This document shows, in pieces, positions 15,512 to 23,238 of a DNA stretch of 29,480 nt. Every line of letters starts with the position of its first letter. Position 1 is the first letter of the stretch. The notes beneath the pieces were generated by a model. That model was not told the origin of the DNA and did no database searches. It was given only the letters and a program-made list of their open reading frames with translations. A program made the position numbers and the translations under genes. Source of the stretch: Candidatus Calditenuaceae archaeon JGI OTU-1 (GTDB lineage: Archaea; Thermoproteota; Nitrososphaeria_A; Caldarchaeales; Calditenuaceae); NCBI GenBank assembly GCA_000494145.1, contig AWOE01000011.1:2011-31490 (forward strand). The letters run 5' to 3'.

Positions 15512-16552
15512 GTGGATGAACGGATGATAACGGACCTGTATATTAGGAACTTTAAGTCAGTGAAGGATGTTAACCTGAAGTGTAGCAGAATAAATGTTAT
15601 CATCGGGGAACCTAATACAGGGAAGTCCAACATACTCGAGACTATCGCGCTGATGCATTTATTCGTCGATCGTTATAAAAAGTACACTAAATCGGATCTC
15701 TCATTCATTTTCAGAATTTCGAAATGGAACCAACTGTTCCCTTGGAGTGATTTGTCGCAAGCGATATCAGTAGAAGCGATTGTTGATGATATGCATATCA
15801 TCCGAGTGAAACTTCAGTATAATGAGTTTATTAAGTGGATCGACGTATTGTACGGTGACAATGAGATAACAGCTCTAAACCCTATCGAGCTCGACTATGA
15901 TCTTAATCCTGAAAAAGACGGCATCGTAAGGTTTGGATTTTATCGTTTCCGCATTATATCGAGATTCCCGTCCAGAGAGAGTAGATTCGTCGTTCCTCCT
16001 GATGCCCCTAATTTGCTAGAAGTCATCCGCGTTAAGGGGAGGGAATTGATAGTTGAGCTTAGTCGTCTATTTAGCAAGTATGGAATTGATTTAGTTATAG
16101 AGTATCCCCTAAAATTGATGAAAATACAGCAAACAATCTATGAAGAGGAGATTCCCATTGTAGCCAATTTACCGTACTCAATTCTCTCAGACTCGTTGAA
16201 AAGAATAGTCTTCAACCTTGCAATCGTACAGGGCAACGAGAAGATGGTCATTGCTCTCGAGGAACCCGAAGCTCACACATCTCCCTACTACGTCAAATAT
16301 CTGGCGGAGAAAATCGCTCGGGACGAAAAAGGCAATCAATACTTCATTTCAACACATAACCCCTACTTCCTCATTTCTCTTCTTGAAAAGGCTCCAAAAG
16401 AAGATGTTAACGTCTTTGTAACTTTCCTTGAGAATCATAAAACAAAGGTCAAGCTATTAACTGATGAGCAGAAGGAGGAAATCCTCGATATGTATTTGGA
16501 TGTCTTCTTCAACTTCGATAAATTCATTGAAGGGTTGAGCCAAGAGGTTTAG
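15512..16552 (+). CDS. Short ABC/SMC-head type ATPase (AAA_15/AAA_21, OLD/AbiL/PARIS-AriA-like class)
   Basis: The N-terminal IRNFKSV strand is present. Walker A is GEPNTGKSN (15605-15631). LSDSLKR (about 16184-16204) is signature-like. Walker B and D-loop are MVIALEEPEAHTSP (about 16244-16285). The H-loop is ISTHNPYF (about 16346-16369). ATG 15524 (MITDLYIRNF) is an alternative start. Confidence 0.8.
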   Translation: MDERMITDLYIRNFKSVKDVNLKCSRINVIIGEPNTGKSNILETIALMHLFVDRYKKYTKSDLSFIFRISKWNQLFPWSDLSQAISVEAIVDDMHIIRVKLQYNEFIKWIDVLYGDNEITALNPIELDYDLNPEKDGIVRFGFYRFRIISRFPSRESRFVVPPDAPNLLEVIRVKGRELIVELSRLFSKYGIDLVIEYPLKLMKIQQTIYEEEIPIVANLPYSILSDSLKRIVFNLAIVQGNEKMVIALEEPEAHTSPYYVKYLAEKIARDEKGNQYFISTHNPYFLISLLEKAPKEDVNVFVTFLENHKTKVKLLTDEQKEEILDMYLDVFFNFDKFIEGLSQEV

Positions 16553-16559
16553 AAGCAGA

Positions 16560-17009
16560 ATGGTCTACGATTACTATGTGGTAGAATGCAATAACGATGT
16601 GGCGTTCGTTAACGAACTCATGAACGGGAAGTACAAAGAAAAAATAATCCATGCGGGGAACAAGACGAATGTCTTAAAGACGCTTGAGAAACGGAGTCAA
16701 TGTGTGGGGTTAATTGACGAGGACCCCAGTAGCTCTCAACCACCGAAGCTGCGGGACATCCAGCTACAGGATGTGGGGAACGACATCAAGGTAGGCAAGT
16801 ATAAGGGCAACCTTATTGTGGTTTTATGTCCCAGACTCGAGGAATGGGTGGAAAAAGTTGTGAGAAACGCCGGAATTCAAAAAAACATCAAAGCGAAAGA
16901 CCTTGAAGACGAAAAGAGGTTAGTGGACGTCATCCAGAAACTAACGGCTTCAAACCCTGAACTAGAACCTATCCGACGGCTCCGCGACCTTCTCCTTAGG
17001 GGGCTTTGA
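16560..17009 (+). CDS. 149-aa protein with a minimal TOPRIM-like motif set (DUF4435/DUF4276-like?); partner of the ATPase
   Basis: YYVVECNNDVAFV places an acidic E9 at the end of a predicted strand (16584-16586). HAGNKTNVL follows. VGLIDEDP is a DxD-type motif (D53/E54/D55 from 16716). IVVLCPRLEEW follows. The order strand-E, helix, strand, helix, strand-DxD matches TOPRIM topology. The ATG is 7 nt after the ATPase stop, with GAGGT (16544-16548) upstream. The fold assignment is inference only. Confidence 0.55.
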   Translation: MVYDYYVVECNNDVAFVNELMNGKYKEKIIHAGNKTNVLKTLEKRSQCVGLIDEDPSSSQPPKLRDIQLQDVGNDIKVGKYKGNLIVVLCPRLEEWVEKVVRNAGIQKNIKAKDLEDEKRLVDVIQKLTASNPELEPIRRLRDLLLRGL

Positions 17010-17131
17010 CATGGAAACGTGGACAGCCTGGCGAGCGCGTCTCGTTCTCCCCTTTTCCACTGTCTCCCCCGCTCTCCTGTGCAGCGAGTTCCGGTTAAGA
17101 TCCAAATTTCCGCGACGGACATCTCCGACCG

Positions 17132-17189
17132 GGCCGATGATGAGGGATCACCCGTCCGAGCGGTGAGGCCAAGGGGGTCATCTGAGGCC
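17132..17189 (+). ncRNA. Candidate archaeal C/D-box sRNA (2'-O-methylation guide)
   Basis: Spacing is exactly canonical:
- C box ATGATGA, 17137-17143
- 12-nt guide GGGATCACCCGT, 17144-17155
- D' CCGA, 17156-17159
- 3-nt spacer
- C' GTGAGGC, 17163-17169
- 12-nt guide CAAGGGGGTCAT, 17170-17181
- D box CTGA, 17182-17185

Flanking GGCC (17132-17135) and GGCC (17186-17189) can form the terminal stem. It lies in a 265-nt GC-rich non-coding gap upstream of pheS. D' and C' are degenerate, as is common. Confidence 0.45.
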
Positions 17190-17274
17190 GAGAGCGCAGC
17201 CGCTCCCCATTCCGCGACCACCTCGAGCCAAGCCCTGAAGCTCTTTAACGTCCTGAGATCGGTGCAGGCGAGGA

Positions 17275-18807
17275 ATGGCGGGCCGCTCCGACGCGCAGAG
17301 GGTGACCCTTCACCCGATGGAGAGGACCGTTCTGAGGTCAGCGGCTGGGAGACGGCGGGCTACGTTCAGGGAGCTGGCGGAGGAGCTGGGGATGAAGGTC
17401 GATGCGGTGGCGAAGGCGGCCGAGAGGCTCCAGATGAAGGGCCTCGCGAGGGTCGAGGAGGTCGTCGTCGACAGGATAGCGAGTCTGAGCGAGGAGGGGA
17501 TGGAGTATGCGGCCCGAGGCCTCCCGGAGAGGAGGTTGGTCGAGGAGCTGAGGGCGAGGGGAGGGAGCGCGGAGCTGGAGGAGCTGAAGGGGGTCATCGG
17601 GGCTAGAACGGTCGAGATCGGCATCATCTGGGCGAAGAGGAACGGCTGGATAGAGATCGCCAGGTCCGACGGAAGGACGCTCCTGAAGCTGGTGAGGTAC
17701 CCGGATGAGCCCACCGAGGAGGAGCAGGTCCTGAGGCTGTTAGCGGAGGGACCGAGAAGGATGGGGGAGCTGGGGGCGTTGGTCTCGGCCTGCGAGCGCC
17801 TCGCGAGGAGGGCGGGCCTCGTGGCGATCAAGGAGGTGAGGGAGCACGTCGTGACGCCGACCGAGGAGGGCATGAACCTGGCCGTTCAGGTCGAGACGCT
17901 GGAGGAGGTAAGCCAGCTGACGCCGGAGCTGATCAAGACCGGGAGGTGGCGCTCGGTGGAACTCTCGAGGTACGACGTTTACGCGCCCGTCAAACCGGTC
18001 TTCGCGGCGAGGGAGCACCCACTGACGTCCCTGATAAGGAAGGTGAGGGAGGCCTTCGTCGAGCTGGGCTTCCAGGAGGTGAAGGGGCCGCTGGTGGAGC
18101 TGGCGTTCTGGAACTTCGATGCCCTCTTCCAGCCTCAGGACCATCCGGCGAGGGAGATGCACGACACCTTCTACCTAGCGTGGCCCGATAGGGGAAGGGT
18201 TCCTGAAGGGATGGCGGAGAGGGTGAGGGCCGCCCACGAGAACGGAGGAGGCACGGGGTCGAAGGGGTGGAGGTACAGGTGGAGCGTCGAGGAGGCGAGC
18301 AGGCTGATCCTGAGGACCCACACGACAGCGACGACCATCAGGTACCTCGCCGAGCACAGGGAGCCGCCCGTGAAGGTCTTCTCGGTCGACAGGATCTTCC
18401 GGAACGAGAAGGTGAACTGGAAGAGGCTCGCCGAGTTCCACCAGATCGAGGGGATACTGATGGATAGAGGGGTGGGGTTGAAGCACCTGATGGGCGTGAT
18501 CAAGGAGTTCTACGCGAGGCTCGGGTTGAGGGAGGTGCGGTTCAGGCCGAGCTACTTCCCTTACACGGAGCCCTCAGCAGAGGTGGACGTCTACCTGAAG
18601 GAATTGGGGAGGTGGGTCGAGCTCGGTGGCATGGGCGTCTTCAGGCCCGAGGTCACCAGGCCCCTCGGCGTCGAGCATCCGGTGCTGGCGTGGGGGCTCG
18701 GCCTCGAGAGGTTGGCGATCATAATTTACGGTGTCGAGGACATCAGGGAGCTGTACCGGAACGACCTCAGCTGGATCCGCACCGTCGTCCCGATCGACCT
18801 GAGGTGA
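17275..18807 (+). CDS. pheS: Phenylalanine--tRNA ligase alpha subunit (archaeal/eukaryotic type)
   Basis: Class II motifs are present: FQPQDHPAREMHDTFY, ILRTHTTATT, FRNE, and FRPSYFPYTEPSAEVDVY ... GMGVFRPEV ... AWGLGLERLA. The long N-terminal winged-helix region is typical of archaeal PheS. Confidence 0.95.
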   Translation: MAGRSDAQRVTLHPMERTVLRSAAGRRRATFRELAEELGMKVDAVAKAAERLQMKGLARVEEVVVDRIASLSEEGMEYAARGLPERRLVEELRARGGSAELEELKGVIGARTVEIGIIWAKRNGWIEIARSDGRTLLKLVRYPDEPTEEEQVLRLLAEGPRRMGELGALVSACERLARRAGLVAIKEVREHVVTPTEEGMNLAVQVETLEEVSQLTPELIKTGRWRSVELSRYDVYAPVKPVFAAREHPLTSLIRKVREAFVELGFQEVKGPLVELAFWNFDALFQPQDHPAREMHDTFYLAWPDRGRVPEGMAERVRAAHENGGGTGSKGWRYRWSVEEASRLILRTHTTATTIRYLAEHREPPVKVFSVDRIFRNEKVNWKRLAEFHQIEGILMDRGVGLKHLMGVIKEFYARLGLREVRFRPSYFPYTEPSAEVDVYLKELGRWVELGGMGVFRPEVTRPLGVEHPVLAWGLGLERLAIIIYGVEDIRELYRNDLSWIRTVVPIDLR

Positions 18808-18813
18808 GGGAGT

Positions 18814-20472
18814 GTGCCGGCGATCCTCGTGAGGCCCGAGAGGATCTCGAGGTTCCTCGGCCGGGAGGTCGGGGCGGAGGAGCTTGCGGAGCTGCTCGCG
18901 AGGCTCGGCATATCCGTCGACGAGGTGACTCCCGGGGGAATCAAGGCGGAGTACAACCCCAACAGGCCGGACTTCTCGTCGCACGCCGGGATCGCCAGGG
19001 CCCTGAAAGGCGTACTCGGGCTGGAGTTCGGGGCACCTAGGGTCAGCTGCAGGCCCTCAGGCTGGAGGGTCATCGTGGACGAGAGCGTGAAGGCGGTGAG
19101 GCCCTTCGTCGTCGCAGCCCTCGTGAGGGGCCTGGGGCTTGAGGAGGAGGACATACTCGAGCTGATAGCGATGCAGGAGGACCTCCACTGGGTCCTCGGG
19201 AGGGACAGGAGGAAGGTTGCGATCGGGCTCCACGACGCCTCAAAGGTCAGGCCCCCGATCAGGTACCTGGCCAGGCCCCTCAACGAGGTGAGGTTCGTGC
19301 CGCTCCACGAGTCCTTCCCGATGACTGGCGAGGAGATCCTCGAGAAGCTCGAGACCGGCAGGAGGTACGGGAGGCTCGTGAGGCCCTACGGTGTCGCTCC
19401 CCTTCTGGTCGACGCCAAGGGAGACGTCCTCTCCTTCCCGCCTGTGATCAACTCTTCGCTCACCGAGGTCACCACCTCTACCACGGAGGTCTTCATCGAC
19501 GTGACGGGCACGGACCTCGAGGCCGTCTCGAAGGCCCTGAACATCCTCGTCTACGCGCTCCACGAGATGGGTGGGAGGATCTACTCGGTGACGGTCGTCG
19601 ACGGAAGGAGGCGCTTCAGGACCCCTGACCTGAGGCCGGAGAGGTGGAGGGTCTACCCTGAGACGGTGAGGCGTGCGCTCGGCGTTGACCTGCCGGAGAG
19701 GGAGATCGTGAGGGCCCTGAGGATGATGAGGCTCGACGCGAGGATGAGGGGCAAAGGATCGATAGAGGTCCAAGTGCCTCCGTACAGGGTCGACGTCCTC
19801 CACCCGATCGACTTCGCCGAGGACGTCTTCATCGCGCTGCAGGAAAGGGTTGTCCCCGAGTTCCCGGGCACGATGACCTTCGGAGGGCTTCTGCCTGAGA
19901 CGAGGGCCCTCGACGCGGTCAAGGCCGCCTTCATCGGCCTCGGCTTCACGGAGGCCTTCAACACGATCCTGAGCAACTACAGGAGGGACTACGAGCTCCT
20001 CTCCGTCAGCGGGCCGGAGCCCGTCAGGATCCTGAACCCCGTCTCGGCCGAGTACGACATACTGAGGACGATGCTGCTTCCAGGGCTTCTGACGACTCTG
20101 GCCGTCAACCGGCACAACCCCTACCCGCAGAGGTTCTTCGAGGTCGGTGACGCCGTGTTATACGATCCGGAGAGGCCGGAGATGACGAGGAGGGTCGTGA
20201 AGGCCGCCTGCGTCGTCTCCCACGCCACCGCCTCCTACTCGGTGATCAAGTCGGTCTATGAGGAGTTCTCGAGGTACGTCAAGAGGGAAATCGTTCCGGT
20301 CGAACGCGACTACCCCTTCATGGTCCCCGGGAGGTCGGTCGCCCTGACGTACGGAGGAAGGGAGGTCGGGTTCGCAGGCGAAGTGCATCCCAGGGTGCTG
20401 GAGTCCTTCGATCTCGAGATGCCGGTGGCGGCGATGGAGCTGGAGCTGGGGCCCCTCGGACTTTGGGCCTGA
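18814..20472 (+). CDS. pheT: Phenylalanine--tRNA ligase beta subunit (archaeal type)
   Basis: It starts 7 nt after pheS with an upstream GAGGTGAGGGAG. B3/4 and B5 domain patterns are present (NPNRPDFSSHAGIARAL, PPYRVDVLHPIDFAEDV). 552 aa is typical of archaeal PheT. Confidence 0.95.
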   Translation: MPAILVRPERISRFLGREVGAEELAELLARLGISVDEVTPGGIKAEYNPNRPDFSSHAGIARALKGVLGLEFGAPRVSCRPSGWRVIVDESVKAVRPFVVAALVRGLGLEEEDILELIAMQEDLHWVLGRDRRKVAIGLHDASKVRPPIRYLARPLNEVRFVPLHESFPMTGEEILEKLETGRRYGRLVRPYGVAPLLVDAKGDVLSFPPVINSSLTEVTTSTTEVFIDVTGTDLEAVSKALNILVYALHEMGGRIYSVTVVDGRRRFRTPDLRPERWRVYPETVRRALGVDLPEREIVRALRMMRLDARMRGKGSIEVQVPPYRVDVLHPIDFAEDVFIALQERVVPEFPGTMTFGGLLPETRALDAVKAAFIGLGFTEAFNTILSNYRRDYELLSVSGPEPVRILNPVSAEYDILRTMLLPGLLTTLAVNRHNPYPQRFFEVGDAVLYDPERPEMTRRVVKAACVVSHATASYSVIKSVYEEFSRYVKREIVPVERDYPFMVPGRSVALTYGGREVGFAGEVHPRVLESFDLEMPVAAMELELGPLGLWA

Positions 20473-20490
20473 AGGCTCGCCGACCGACCT

Positions 20491-20913
20491 TCACCCGAAA
20501 AGCCTCCTGTGCTCCTTCATCATGCACCTGTTCCAGACGATCTTGATGCCGTTCGCCCTCGCGACCTCGACGGCCTCCGGGTGGTAGATCCCCTCCTGGA
20601 GCCAGATGACCTTGGGTCTCACGGCTACAGCCTCCCTCACGACCTCGGGGACCGCATCGGAGGGCCTGAACACGTCGACGATGTCCACCGGCCCCGGCAC
20701 CTCCCTCAGGCTCTTGTAGACCCTCAACCCCAGTATCTCGTCGGCCGTCGGGTTGACCGGGATGACCTCGTAGCCCCTCTCCAGCAGATACTTCGGGACG
20801 TAGTGTGCCGGCTTTGCTGGATCCCTGGACATCCCGACGACCGCGACCCTCTTCAGGGACAGGATCTCCCTGATCTCCGCATCGGTCAGACCGTCTGGGG
20901 GAATGGGCTCCAC
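20491..20913 (-). CDS. CoA-binding domain protein (YccU/YneT-like)
   Basis: VAVVGMSRDPAKPAHYVPKYLLERGYEVIPVNP ... VDIVDVFRPS ... IWLQEG is the CoA_binding_2 pattern. The GTG start at 20913 has an A/T box (reverse TATTTATC, 20937-20944) about 27 nt upstream. Confidence 0.85.
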   Translation of the reverse strand: MEPIPPDGLTDAEIREILSLKRVAVVGMSRDPAKPAHYVPKYLLERGYEVIPVNPTADEILGLRVYKSLREVPGPVDIVDVFRPSDAVPEVVREAVAVRPKVIWLQEGIYHPEAVEVARANGIKIVWNRCMMKEHRRLFG

Positions 20914-21045
20914 GGACGGACGTCCTCAAGCTCCCTGATAAATACACCTTACATACCCCGCGACGCCGGAATCCTAGGACCGGGTTCAAGCACGTTCCTG
21001 GTCCAAAGCTATGGAGAGATATACCGGACCAGGGGAAGTAACCGC

Positions 21046-21219
21046 GTGGTCAACCCGTACGAGGACCCCCTGATAAGGAGGCTCAGGGGCCCGTCTCCCG
21101 TGATGCCCTCGGACATCGAAATTCTGCTGAAGGAGGTGGCGGAGCTGAAGCGCGAGGTGAGGCTGATCCGGAAGGCCCTCGAGAGGCACGGGATCAAGAT
21201 AGAGGAGGAAGGTCCCTGA
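21046..21219 (+). CDS. Possible small coiled-coil protein (57 aa from GTG 21046, or 38 aa from ATG 21103)
   Basis: This is the C-terminal part of ORF-track entry 20509..21219. It shows GC3-rich codon usage and a heptad-like sequence, MPSDIEILLKEVAELKREVRLIRKALERHGIKIEEEGP. AGGGGA lies 9 nt before GTG 21046. It overlaps the 3' end of the convergent exonuclease gene by 26 nt. No homology recognised. Confidence 0.3.
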   Translation: MVNPYEDPLIRRLRGPSPVMPSDIEILLKEVAELKREVRLIRKALERHGIKIEEEGP

Positions 21220-21754
21220 AGACCTGAGCGAGAACGGGCCTGAGGGCTCTGGCGACCGCGATGGTCAGCTGGACGTCCTCCCTGCAGTGCCTCAGGATCT
21301 TCGAGAGACCGCCCCTCCTTCCGAGCAGAGCATCCTCGTACAGCATCGGGACGTCGGCGCCCGTCGTCTCCTCGACCCTCCTGAGGCCGAGGAACCTGAC
21401 CACGTTCCAGAGCGAGGTGTTGCTCAACCTCAGTTCCTTCTCCACAACCGTTGCCAGATCGATGTGACGGGGTGCGTAGAGCGGCGCAGGGTCGACCGAG
21501 AGCCTCAGGCATCTGGTCACGATCCACGGCAAATCGAACGAGGAGCCCCTCCACGTCAGGAGCACGTGCGACCTCCCGACCCTCTTCAGGAGCTGATCGA
21601 GCACCACCTTCTCCTGCTCTGGCCTCCTGACGACGTAGGACCTGAGCTTCGAGGTCCAGAAGTCTCCCACGACGGCGCAGACGAGGTGACCCGTGTCGGC
21701 GTGGAGCGAGGTCGCCTCTATGTCGAGCGCTATCACGTCCGGTCTCGCTCTCAC
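21194..21754 (-). CDS. RNase H-fold DEDD 3'-5' exonuclease (PolB-exonuclease-like / YprB-like)
   Basis: Exo I is VIALDIEAT (DxE). An Exo II-like motif is WRGSSFDLPWI. An Exo III-like motif is HCREDV (H-x3-D). GTG start at 21754, 130 nt downstream of dnaG on the same strand. Confidence 0.7.
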   Translation of the reverse strand: MRARPDVIALDIEATSLHADTGHLVCAVVGDFWTSKLRSYVVRRPEQEKVVLDQLLKRVGRSHVLLTWRGSSFDLPWIVTRCLRLSVDPAPLYAPRHIDLATVVEKELRLSNTSLWNVVRFLGLRRVEETTGADVPMLYEDALLGRRGGLSKILRHCREDVQLTIAVARALRPVLAQVFRDLPPLS

Positions 21755-21884
21755 AACGTATCGTCCTTCGTGCCCACGGATAAGCAGATCACTCGCACCG
21801 GGTCCATGCAGGCAGCGGATCGGCCACGCCTTGAGGGCGACAAAAGAAAGGAAGACGGTCCCTGACGCTGACAGGCGACGTACG

Positions 21885-23054
21885 TCAGGCTACCCTCTTG
21901 ATGACCTCGAAAGTTGAGACCTTCACGTTCGGAGGCACGTCGAGCTGGTCGGACGTCCTCGCGCCGATCAGATAGTAGGTCCCCACCCTCTCCCTGAAGA
22001 GGTCCAGGAGCCTCTGGGTCACGACGCCGTCGAAGACGACGTACTTTACGTCGTTCCCGGCCGAGAGTCTCTGGTAAAGCTCGCTGACAGGGACCCTGAA
22101 GGCCTCCGTCATGTCGTCCCTCAGGCCGACGGCGATGAGGTTCCCCTCGACCTCTTCGACGACCTTCCCGATCACCTCCCTCGGGGCCTCGGCTATCGGC
22201 GGGTGCTCCCTCTCCGCGTGGGCACCTATCCTCCTCAGAGCGTCCTGAAGAGGTACTGCGTTCTCCAGCGCCTCGACCACCTCCTTCATGCTCAGCTCCT
22301 CGACCTCCTTCCCCTGAGGGGCCCTCGCCACGAGGTCTATCCTCACCCTCCGGGCCAGCTCCCTGAGTATCATGTCGCCTGCACGGTCTCCGTCGAGGAA
22401 GGCGATCACCTTCTTTTTCCTCGCCAGCAGCTCCTCAAGGGAATAGGGGATCTTGACACCCTCTATGCCGATGACGTTGGTGTAGCCGTACCTCAGGAGG
22501 TTGATCACGTCCGCCCTGCCCTCGACGAGGATGACCTCCTCGGAGGTCAGAACGTCCGGACCGGCAGGCAGGTTGTCGGGGCCGACGTTCACGACCCTGG
22601 CCCTAACGACCGACTCCTCCAGCTCCCTGAGGGCCTCGTCGACCTCAGGAACCCTCTTCTTCTCCCACTCGAGCAGGATCGCCCTCGCCCTATCGATGAT
22701 CCTCTTCCGCTTCTCGGCCCTTACGTCCTCGATCTTCTCGACGACGACCCTCGCCGAATAGGGTCCGACCTTGTCGACGCTCTCGACCAACGCCGCGACC
22801 AGCGCCGTGTGGAACCTGTCCATGCTCGTGGGTATCGTTATCTTCCCCACGACCTTGTCTCCGTGGGCGTGGACCTGAACCTCTATCCGGCCGATCCTCC
22901 CTGTCCGCTGGAGCTCCCTCAGGTCGAGGTCGGAGCTGAAGATGCCCTCCGTCTGCCCGAAGATCGCTCCGACGACGTCGTTCTTGTCCACCAACCCGTC
23001 CACCTCTATCCGCGCCTCGATCACGTACTTCGTCGAGCTGGGCTGACTCGTCAT
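21885..23054 (-). CDS. dnaG: Archaeal DnaG (TOPRIM primase-like, exosome-associated)
   Basis: The conserved N-terminal domain is [57 protein letters not shown] motifs are ILVEGRADVINLLRYG and FLDGDRAGDMI. An A/T-rich box at about 23086-23100 lies upstream. Confidence 0.92.
   Translation of the reverse strand: MTSQPSSTKYVIEARIEVDGLVDKNDVVGAIFGQTEGIFSSDLDLRELQRTGRIGRIEVQVHAHGDKVVGKITIPTSMDRFHTALVAALVESVDKVGPYSARVVVEKIEDVRAEKRKRIIDRARAILLEWEKKRVPEVDEALRELEESVVRARVVNVGPDNLPAGPDVLTSEEVILVEGRADVINLLRYGYTNVIGIEGVKIPYSLEELLARKKKVIAFLDGDRAGDMILRELARRVRIDLVARAPQGKEVEELSMKEVVEALENAVPLQDALRRIGAHAEREHPPIAEAPREVIGKVVEEVEGNLIAVGLRDDMTEAFRVPVSELYQRLSAGNDVKYVVFDGVVTQRLLDLFRERVGTYYLIGARTSDQLDVPPNVKVSTFEVIKRVA
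22877..22971. repeat. Arm A of a perfect 95-bp inverted repeat (internal dnaG coding segment, codons about 29-60)
   Basis: I checked base by base that the reverse complement of 29386-29480 equals 22877-22971. Confidence 0.95.
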
Positions 23055-23238
23055 GACTTACCCCTTTGATCAGAGTCAACCCCCGTACGTTATTAAAATA
23101 ATTGAACCGCCCGGCACCAAGACGCCGAAAATCTCCGGGGCACCCGATCGTTTGAACCGTTGGGAACCTTTTGGAGCAGGAATTTGGCGGATTCTAATTC
23201 AGATCGGCTTATCAGCGGGCCGCGAGCTGAGGTGAACG

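Larger units (their letters stand above)
15430..17000. other. Low-GC genomic islet (likely horizontally acquired) carrying a two-gene ATPase/TOPRIM-like module; no mobility gene
   Basis: Hand counts of G+C on 60-nt lines inside the islet: 19/60 (15541), 22/60 (15901), 20/60 (16381) and 34/60 (16741). Flanking lines give 36/60 (15181) and 42/60 (17401). Codon usage switches to A/T-ending codons. The boundaries are approximate. Confidence 0.7.

Noticed and set aside
15421-17040. Possible att-like direct repeats flanking the low-GC islet (CGTGGAC at about 15425-15431 and about 17019-17025)
   Set aside because: Only a 7-mer is shared, with divergent flanks. That is well within chance for this length. 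A computational repeat search would be needed.
17019-17606. 195-aa plus-strand ORF running from the intergenic gap into pheS
   Set aside because: It is out of frame with pheS, R/G/E/S-rich, and has no start context. pheS, with class II motifs, explains 17275 onward.
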